A model generated the notes under the pieces. That model was not told the origin of the DNA. It searched no databases and saw only the letters and a program-made list of their open reading frames with translations. DNA of 53,146 nt, filler included, from Streblomastix strix (Eukaryota): the NCBI GenBank assembly GCA_008636045.1. It is 3 parts of 3 records of this genome, joined end to end, with 100 filler letters (N's around TTAATTAATTAA, not from the genome) between each part and the next. Parts side by side here need not be neighbours in the genome. Positions count along the whole stretch, not along the records: positions 35,503 to 53,146 come from SNRW01000690.1; 2 more parts are not named here. One strand, written 5' to 3'. Below, piece by piece: positions 44,532-53,146 of this stretch (the first letter of the stretch is position 1; the number at the start of each line of letters is the position of its first letter). Position numbers and translations under genes: made by a program.

Positions 44532-45725
44532 TCAAATTAACATATAAGTTCGTTAGAATTTCTACTGTAATGTTTCATAAGATTCTGCAACTTTCTTTGT
44601 ATGATATGCTGGGATTTCAACTGTTTTAATATCCTTATATGGCTTAAGTAATTCACAAATAACGTTTCCATGACAATAATTAATAAACGTTGTAATTTCA
44701 TTAAATTACCTTCACTTCTTTTCGAAATTGTGCTTTGTCTTTTTTAGCAAAAGACGAATCATAATTATATTTCCTTTCTTTAGATCCAATAAATTATCCT
44801 TTGATTACAGTTCTTTTATGCTGGCGGCATTGTTCATTTTCTATTTGATGATTATCCCATCTAAATCTTCAGATTCATTAACTTAGCTAGGAGTAAAATA
44901 AATCCGAAGCATACCTTTTTGATTCAATGCTCGTGCCAGCAATTCATGAGGTGTATTATTGTAGTCCTCTACTACTTTCTGCATCTGCTTATTATTAGCC
45001 ATAAACTGATTATCGTTTTCAAATGCATTGCGAAGTGTGCGAATAACAGAATCAACAACACGATTTTTAATAATAAATTGCAAGGATTTTAAATAATAAT
45101 AGTTATCATTTTATTTTAAATAGTCTTTTCCTTACTTATTACCCAATGCAGCTTCACCATCAGAACGAATATTTGATACTGGTTGATGTTTAATTAAATA
45201 TTTTATGTATCTGAGTATTTCATCTGCTGATTTATCTTTAATTGGATATATAATTAAATAATTTATATTAATGTTTATGGCTAACAGATATGGCTATATG
45301 ATTTTATTTATTGTTAGATTGATAACGAATATTACGTCAATCTCCCATCTGCTTAATAATGGCGAATTATATAGGTGCTGGTATTTCTTTAGTGGCATTA
45401 ATTTAATATCTTGAACTACTTCTATTTTATCTTTGGCCTTTCTTCTGAAGGGATTTTAAATTCGTTCAAGCTCAAGTTTTTATTTAGGTTATGGCTTTAT
45501 ATTTTATTTAATTCGTTCCATATGGAATTTTAAATAATTGTCTAAATAAATTTTGAGCCATTGGGCGATTGCTTTACTTTAAAATACTTATTTTATATAA
45601 TTTATTTTAAAAAATTAATTAATATAATTATTGATATTTCTAATGAAATCGACTAATTTTATTTTATCTGGTTTAAAACTTAAATTATCGATTACTTAGT
45701 CAATTGATTTATTTTTATTAGACAT
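44532..45725 (-). pseudogene. rve-type (retroviral-like) integrase of the Polinton-like element, one internal TGA
   Basis: RWEIDVIF (D1), YLLAININ, NIRSDGEAAL (D2), NRVVDSVIRTLR and YNNTPH. 398 codons in a single frame with TGA at 44712-44714 (FEKK*RQFNE). Confidence 0.85.
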
Positions 45726-45756
45726 TTCATATATATTAAATTTTATGTTATTGAAT

Positions 45757-46000
45757 GTGCACAAGTTGCTCAGTGGGTCCGATCCCCCCATTGGAGTCGA
45801 GGGTCTAGGTTCGATACCCCCCGCTCACGTCCATTCGTTCGAGTTCGATTTCCGTTCAATTTTATTCTACTTCATGAGCGGGGGTAGACAGTTCTTGCTC
45901 CAATTTGCAAGGACAAAAGGGATTGAATACGCCTATAAAAAGATAGAGAGATGCGTCAGCCAAAGCTGGCGCAAGTCTTAATTTCAAACACTTATTTTTT
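45757..46000 (+). ncRNA. Candidate Pol III-transcribed structured ncRNA (A box, B box, nested stems, T-run)
   Basis: TTGCTCAGTGG at 45766-45776 and GGTTCGATACC at 45808-45818. Stems 45818-27/45875-84, 45790-96/45898-904 and 45780-86/45919-25, hairpin 45952-45973, and T6 at 45995-46000. No tRNA cloverleaf. Confidence 0.45.
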
Positions 46001-46806
46001 AATATTTTTGCGTTTTTGAAAAAAGTGAGTGCGTATATTATTATATACTTATAATGCGAATTCTATTTTATTATCACATTCTAAACATAATTAGCATAAA
46101 TTTAAAATATCGCTTGAAACAGTTGGTCCCATCGAGAAATTAAATTTTTGCAACGTTATTTTTTATTTTATTGTTAATTGGCAACTTTAAAACAATTTTT
46201 TATTAGTTAGTTTACATATAATAATTATTTAATTTGATATGAAACTCAAACATAATTCGAATTGCCCATTTGAATCCTCATTAATGTTTTTTATTTTTTT
46301 TATGCGCATATATAAGACAGTGATGTTTGGATAATATTGTTGAGACATTCTTATTTTATGATGTGATAATATACAGTGATGATATAGCAATATTATAGGG
46401 TGAAGCTCGCAGTATCGTTTTTTAAATGTGGTGTTATGTGGGTCGTACTAAATAAGCTTGTGAATGAGTGTATAAACTTTATTGGATATGTATTTAAATT
46501 GTTTTTTTGATCAGATTTTGCAAGAAATTAAGTTTAAATTAAACTTTTTTGCTGATGATATTGCGGATCGAAAATAAAATTGATATATATTAACTTAGTT
46601 TAAATAGGTATTAAATATTTTAGTGAAATAATTTAATCACAAATATTTTCATGAATATATGTGAATACTATGATTGGTTTTTGTTTGATAGTGCGTTTAA
46701 GTCAATGCCCTAATACCCTAAAATTATTGGGTATTGCCCTTGGAGGCTGAGCGTAAATAAATATTGTATACTTTTTAGCTTCAAGAAATCCAAAATAAAA
46801 TACCTA

Positions 46807-46862
46807 CAGGCTGACAAAAAACGCATAATTTAATAAAAAATCGCATAATTATGGCAAATTTT
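46807..46862 (+). repeat. Left terminal inverted repeat
   Basis: caggctgacaaaaaacgcataatttaataaaaaatcgcataattatggcaaatttt; contains gcataatt twice. Confidence 0.95.
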
Positions 46863-47234
46863 AATTCCAACTTTTCTTGCGTATAATATTGTAATATTAT
46901 TATTTTTATGGCTGAATTATGATTTTAATTGATATTTTGTTATATTCCAAACAATAATGATAAAAATAAGAAGTTATGAATGCTTATCTTGAATAAATAT
47001 AATTTTTATTTAAACATGCAATTATTGATCAATTAATTAGTATTTCAAATTAATTTCGATTTTTTTATATTTTCAATAAATAGAATGATAATATTTGATT
47101 CGAAATTCATATAAAATGGCATAGAGAGAGGTGAACTTGAAATTTTAGACAAAATATAATTTATTGAAAACTCTGATGAATGGTATGTTTGTATTTATTA
47201 ATACAACTATATTTACACTCATTTTCTTTCATGC

Positions 47235-49404
47235 TCATATGCTCACATAATGGCAGTTTCCAATAAAACCGAGCCTGACTGTGCGTTGATACTGATCTCC
47301 TTCCGAGAAAAGCGGCTCACCTGGTATGTAGATTTCAATTCTTGTATTAAATAATTGCTCTATGGAACCAAACAGGCGACCGTCTCCCCACTCTCCATCT
47401 GTTCGCATTCGTTCCATATAATCTTCTAAACTTTCATCTTCATCGAAAAATTCCCTGAATTATTCTGAATGCGCAAGAAGATTCTGAACGACCATTGTAC
47501 GCAAAATATGTACATCATGAAAAATTCCACCAAGCTGATCATTTAATGCACTATCAAATGTATGATTTTTATAATAAAATAATTAAAAATTAAATAAATT
47601 ATTAAAAAAAATTATTTTTTTATTAATTTGCATACTGAAATAGGCAATTTCCTGCTCCACGATTATTTCTGATTGTGAACCCATCCTTCTCCAAATGCTC
47701 AGTTAGTAGAATTAGGTCAGTAGATATGTTTGATTTTGCTTTCTCTCTATTATTCTTTTTATATGGCCTTTTATTAAAAGATTCAATAAATTCTTTTGAC
47801 AAAAGCATTGGTGGAAGTTTTGCTGATGGTGAGACATATGTTGTTGCAGTTGGAGTGACATCTTTGGTAGATTCTATTGTTTAATTTGATGCAGATATCA
47901 TGGTATTTTCTCTTCTTCTTTTTATTCCATTTCTTTAATTTTAATTGGTTTCTATTTCATCATCAGTTTATGAACCTCTTTTTCTTTTTGTTGCAGTTAT
48001 GATTGTTGCTGATATTGTTCCTGATCCAGAATATCTGCCATTCGGAAATACAGGTGCTTCATTATCTTATGTAACTTCGTTCCTATTAGATGCACGATCT
48101 GGAACTCTGGGCCAAATGTCAGTGCACTCAAAACTGGAAATTCTGTTAGAAGAAGTGGAAGCCATTTAGTATGCATCAATGGCAGCTTATACATACACCA
48201 ATCGTTTCTCAAATGCATCTAGTGAAGGTACACGCGATCTTTTCTTCATTTATTATTCTATAATCTTATTTTTATTAATCTGCCTTGTTTATCTTAGTAA
48301 CTGCTTCTTATACTGACTTCTGAACTACTTGAATACTATCGAATCTAACGGTTGAAGAATATGCGTGAGGGCCCCAGGAAATATAATTGCAGTCATTCCT
48401 TCTTCATTCAATAACTGTGATGCAGTCTCGTCCAAACGCGACTTGTGCCCATCGAGGAAAAGTAGTATGCGCTCATTTTCATAGAAATAATTACATCTTT
48501 TCTACTATCTAATCCATTCACAAAATATTCTTGTCCACCTTCTGAACAGTTGCATATTCATGAATCCGCTGTCAGATACTTCAAACTAACAATCCTCTGC
48601 AGCCGGTAATTGGAGAAGAGTATCAGGAACCTTCTTCAGTAAACCTATAATAAATAGAGTTGGAGGTTGGCCAGATCCAGGAGAAATGGTTGGAACCATT
48701 GATATATGACCTGCAACATTATCGGAAGATATGCAAATTACTCTTCTAGTACCAACTTATTTTGCAGTTCTTTACTATATGTCCCAATTTACACTAGTCT
48801 CATTCATGTTAAAGATTGAACGAGCTCTAACTCCAGTTGAAATTGCTGGCTAATACACACAACGGAACCATTAATCTATATTCGAAGAGAAAGAAGCTTC
48901 ATATCTTCTCAATTCTTAACATTGCTACAATGAGAACGTTATATTGTGCCTATGAACGAAGTTAAATACGTACTGCGATGAAGGGTCTGGAAGGCATGAA
49001 CGAAATTCATTGACTAATGAAAACAGCCCCAATTTTTCTGCTCTAGCAGAAGCATTTCTTCTTTCTTGTATATGTTAGTTTATTATCTCCTAACGAACAT
49101 CATCAACAGTTAGAGCTTCGCGATTTAAAATCCTCTGATGAATACTCTGCGCTAAACGCAATTCCCTTTCCCGAGTAATGTACGACGGCATGCGCAAACT
49201 ATCGTTCTTAAAACTTGTTTATCTGCAATAATAACGTACAATTGTATAAGTTTATTGTGTTGTGATCCCAAATTCTCTTGACGCAAAGGTAGTTTGGCCT
49301 GGATGAAGTAAAAGGTAAGCAACTAATAGTTCTATGAGTCCAAAGCCCTGTTGTCTCCTTTAACTACCTTGTTTTGAATTTTTAGATCGTGTTTTCATAA
49401 CCAT
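47235..49404 (-). CDS. pogo-family (DDE_1, DD35D) transposase fused to a C-terminal OTU cysteine protease domain, 694 aa
   Basis: Exons 49404-47636 and 47550-47235 (GT-AG intron 47635-47551), no internal TGA. Transposase motifs FNMNETS, SDSGFMNMQLFRRW, LLFLDGHKSR and FPGALTHILQPLDSIVF. OTU motifs GAGNCLFHALNDQL, DGEWG and HYVSI*. Confidence 0.92.
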
Positions 49405-49451
49405 TATTGTAATAAAAATTACTTGAATGAATTTTTTAAAAACCCATATCC

Positions 49452-49507
49452 AAAATTTGCCATAATTATGCGACTTTTTATTAAATTATGCCTATTTTGT
49501 CCGCCTG
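49452..49507 (-). repeat. Right terminal inverted repeat
   Basis: Reverse complement reads caggcggacaaaataggcataatttaataaaaagtcgcataattatggcaaatttt, 52/56 identical to the left TIR. Confidence 0.95.
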
Positions 49508-49757
49508 TATAATATTTTATTCTTATCAATTTTCCTGATCTAAACAGCTGTAAATTGGTTATATGCATAAGTTATTAAATCATTTAATTAAATGATCAAT
49601 AAATTCACTAAAGTAACTACATTTATATTAAACTTGCAAATGTTTTTAAAAGAAAAACATTTATTTGCCATCCTCAAGCTTGTGGATTGGATTTTACATC
49701 AAAAACACAAGGCAAATATTATTATATATATCTTTATATATTTTAGAATCTATATAA

Positions 49758-50040
49758 ATGCTTCAATTCTTTACACCAAAGCGCTCTGAGCGTATTTTGA
49801 GTGTTGCAGAAAAAGTTTAAGCTATGGATGATTTGAAAAAGAAATGCTTGTTGGACTTGGAACTATCACTACGAGAAAGTGCAAAATCACTCTGTTTTGG
49901 GGATGGAAATTGCAATGCAAGAATTGTTTTTATTGGCGAATCACCTGGACGAGATGAGGACACTTCAGGAACTTGCTTTGTTGGACCTTCTGGAAAGTTA
50001 TTGAATATATTTTTGGTCAAGATCTAATTGCAAAGATCAG
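49758..50040 (+). pseudogene. Family-4 uracil-DNA glycosylase, N-terminal half only
   Basis: [47 protein letters not shown] matches the UDG-F4 motif GExPGxxEDxxGxPFVGxxGKLL. Similarity stops at about 50040, before the expected NxxKCRP and HP motifs. Confidence 0.8.
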
Positions 50041-53000
50041 CTATATTACCTTCACTTTCTGATTTTTATCATTCTTCATTATCCTGATAATTATATCAAT
50101 AAAAAAAATAATTAAAATAATGAAATAATAAATAAATTTCTTTTCTTAAAACATAAAAATATATTTAAATAATTTTTATAAACTATTGAAAATCTTGTTG
50201 TATGTAAAAGTTCACGAGCAATTCTTTCAACCTGTTGCCAAAGTAATCTGTTAAAAAGTGCTGCTATGAATGGTGGTGTATGAGCGAAGCATTCTAATAC
50301 AGAATCAGCATAGCACGAGAATCCACAGTTTTCAATTCCATCTGATCGACATTCTTCTAATTTAGATTATTTCACTATAGAATCCGATGATGAAACAATT
50401 TGGAATATTTCTTATTGTATAAGTGAAATGCTAGATAGAGAAGATTATTAATTGGGCAATATATAAATTGGAGATATTTATGGAAAGTTTAAGGATTATT
50501 TGTTTTATCCAATTACTTGATTTATAAAAATTTGTAATTATAAGAATTTTTTATGAATTGCTGGTAAAAGTCGACCTGCCGTATTATAATTATCTTTTTA
50601 CGTAGCATCTAATACAGTTAATATATGTGTTCTAATTAAATCTAGATATTTTATTGCATAAATAGGTATTTTTCCTGTTAATATGATTTATTTAATTAGA
50701 TAATCAATTTTTTATTATTAAATATTAATTTACTTACTCCCAGGAATGTATTTAGTTTTCAAAATATTAGTGCAGTAACGAATGTCATAACATTGCAAAA
50801 TAGGATCAGTGATGAAGAGCACAATAAGAGTAGGAGAAACATCATGACATAATTAAAAAACAAACTCTTCATTAAATTCTTCAATCTAAGATAGATCCTC
50901 ATCATCATTTATTTCATCATTTTAAAATTATTAAATTAACCTACTGGTATCTTTCTTTGATGTTGTTCCTCTTTTTATATAATAATCAATTCTTGAAAAT
51001 TAATTGAATTTTTCTTATATTCCACCTCTCAATAATGAATTTATATATTCATTTTATTCCTCATGAACATTAAAATTATTTTTAATTAAGCTTTATATAT
51101 TACTATCTCCTAATTCAAGAATCTTATTAATTATCATTTTTCTAGCTCTAATATATGAGTAAATTATTGAGTATTTTTAATCACCTTAAGTTAATGTTGG
51201 CAATGTTCCACTAGGTATTAAGACAAGTTAATCTGTTTATGATATATACTTTATTATTTAATCCACACATTAATAATTTTATAATAATTATTGTAGTAAT
51301 CCTGAATCTTAATATCTTAAAGATTAAAGAGTATACATAACATAATTAACTTAATAATTAACTTAATTAATGGTGAAATTACGCATTTAATTAATATGTT
51401 CCAATTAATCTATTTCATTGATGATTAATTCAAAATTTTTAATATTTTCTTAATTTTGAATTTTCTATTATTTCTTAATTTATTCAATAGTTTAAGATAA
51501 TGAAGTAGTTAATTTATTTAAAATTGAGCATACATTATTTATGATATGTTCATCTTTTTCAAGCTGAAATGATAATTATTCTTTTGTGTGTGCAGCTACC
51601 AAAATAAATAGTAGAATTGACGATTTTAATTGAATCAATGATAAGTCTTTATTCAAAGGAAATGAATATTTACAATCTTACTAGCAACATTCTAAATGTA
51701 TAAGTGGTATGAATATTAAATGCAATTATTTATCAATCAAATCATTAAATGATCCATATGATACTTCGTCTAGGCCAAAGATACATGGAAGAAGATTGTC
51801 AATATAATTTTAAATGATTAAATTAATTTATTAATTGTTTTTTTAAGAATATTTTAATTATGGAATTAATGCATTCATTGAATCTTTAACTATTTCTATA
51901 CATATATCAAAAACATCATTAGTAAGTCTTTGTCTTTTCTTAAACATTAGAATTATACTTAAAAGTTTAATATATTAAATTGGTACTTACAAATTTGTTT
52001 ATTATTCATTTTTAGATTGATGAAATTTTTCAATCATAATGGTTATTAGTTTAGATTGTAAATTTGATTAATTAAATTATATATTGAAGATATTTCTTTT
52101 ATTATTAACATCTCTATTTATTGATCCAAATTCTGCAATTGTTTATATTAATTTTAATAAAGAATATTCCCCAGCTGTTTATAAATTATTGAAACATAGA
52201 GAAATATTGTTAAAAATGTGTGTATTGATTGATGAAATCAATTATTCATAATTTAGAAAGTTAAAATCTTATATTAATTAATTCAACTCAGATATGTATT
52301 TTTCTTCATCTTATTCTTTTAGAATTAAAATTGATTAAATTCTTTATTTATCAATAATTGATTTATTAATTTTTAACGATGTTAATATTTAATCTTATTT
52401 TATCATATTTTCTTTCTCTTGATTTATTATTTAAACCTCAAGATGTTATCTATATCCTATTTAATGTTATTGATTTTTTAATTTTTCTAATCTTTCAAAA
52501 TTTTTTTATTTTCTTTAATTTTCTTTTTCATAAATTTATTAAACATTTTCATAATCTTTATATTTATTTAATAATGTTTCAAGATCTTCTATTTTTTTTA
52601 CATATTATTCCTTTTCAATTTCTTGAATAGCTAAATTTTGTTGGAGTTCAAAGACTTAAGAATTTAATTTATTAATTAATTCAGAAGAATTGCTTTGTTA
52701 ATTTTCAATTAAATTTTTATTGTTTTAATTTTCTAACTTGTTTTTTAGCTTAATTATTTATATTTATAAAATCCTTTATTAATATATCCTTTAATCTTAC
52801 TGAATTTATATTCCCCTAAATAATGAATAATTCTTCCTTTCTTAATCAAATACTTATTGATATTTCTATTATAATTCTTCATTTCTTTTCTTTTCAACTT
52901 CTAATTAAACCTATATATCATATTATTCAGATTATATATCTTATTTTTATTAAAGACTTTTGAAAATATACAATTCGTCTTTCTTTTCTTCTTTTCTATT

Positions 53001-53146
53001 TTCTTCTCTCCCACCTATTAGTAGTGATATCCTGAGAAGTTCGCCCCTTCATGTTTTGAAACTCGTTTTGTATTTAAAGCTCTCCAATAAATATAATGGT
53101 TTGGCTTTCATAGCTTAACGCTCATACGTTTCGCTGCTTGCGCAGC
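50041..53146 (-). pseudogene. USP (peptidase C19) deubiquitinase-like gene, truncated after the Cys box
   Basis: Long Q/E-rich code-6 frame leading to GIENCGFSCYADSVLECFAHTPPF (Cys box, about 50339-50270), then an intron and TGA at about 50070. No His box. In-frame TGA at 53049 and the 5' end is cut by the window. Confidence 0.65.

Larger units (their letters stand above)
36780..46000. mobile_element. Degenerate Polinton/Maverick-like (virus-like) element; boundaries approximate
   Basis: Compact intronless cluster with pPolB, rve integrase and small accessory ORFs separated by very short spacers. No TIRs, packaging ATPase, protease or major capsid were recognised in the window. Confidence 0.8.
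46807..49507 (-). mobile_element. Complete 2701-bp pogo/Fot1-like (Tc1/mariner superfamily) DNA transposon encoding a transposase-OTU fusion
   Basis: 56-bp TIRs starting CAGG with 4 mismatches, TA immediately outside both ends (46805-46806 and 49508-49509), and a single internal gene. Confidence 0.95.

Noticed and set aside
45759..45830. Possible tRNA gene
   Set aside because: A and B boxes are present, but the acceptor, D and T stems do not pair as a cloverleaf.
45745..45981. 78-aa plus-strand ORF over the GC-rich island
   Set aside because: No recognisable motif. The nested complementarity and A/B boxes are better explained at the nucleic-acid level.
46704..46740. Two CCCTAA words and a short AATACCC/GGGTATT inverted repeat
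   Set aside because: Too short to call telomeric sequence or a terminator.
47235..50340. Functional cluster of two deubiquitinases (OTU and USP)
   Set aside because: The OTU lies within a transposon's TIRs and the USP is a separate truncated host gene, so proximity is probably coincidental.

Overview
AT-rich, intron-containing eukaryotic DNA that uses a non-standard nuclear code: TAA/TAG = Gln, with TGA the only stop (translation table 6). The supplied standard-code ORF track is therefore mostly fragments or shadow ORFs. The code, intron style and gene families are consistent with an oxymonad such as Streblomastix (inference). The window is three separate contigs (1-17654, 17755-35402, 35503-53146) joined by artificial N44-TTAATTAATTAA-N44 spacers. 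Contig 1 carries a FAN1-like nuclease, RPL24, an ARM-like protein, a small membrane protein, a hypothetical gene and a large Sec7 ARF-GEF. Contig 2 carries an LCAT/PLA-like lipase, a predicted surface protein, a Q-rich protein, a NEK-like kinase with a C2-like tail, enkurin and a coiled-coil protein. Contig 3 is mobile-element rich. It holds a decaying Polinton/Maverick-like element (pPolB with an internal HNH-like insert, possible penton, AT-hook protein, rve integrase) and a second pPolB fragment. Next to the integrase is a GC-rich structured segment with Pol III A/B boxes (VA-RNA-like candidate). There is also a complete 2.7-kb TA-flanked pogo/Fot1-type transposon whose open transposase frame is fused, across a spliceosomal intron, to an OTU cysteine-protease (deubiquitinase) domain. 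The contig ends with a prokaryote-type family-4 UDG fragment abutting a truncated USP gene. The best candidates for undescribed biology are the pogo-OTU fusion transposon and the Pol III-like RNA beside the Polinton integrase. All translations were done by eye and no database searches were run.
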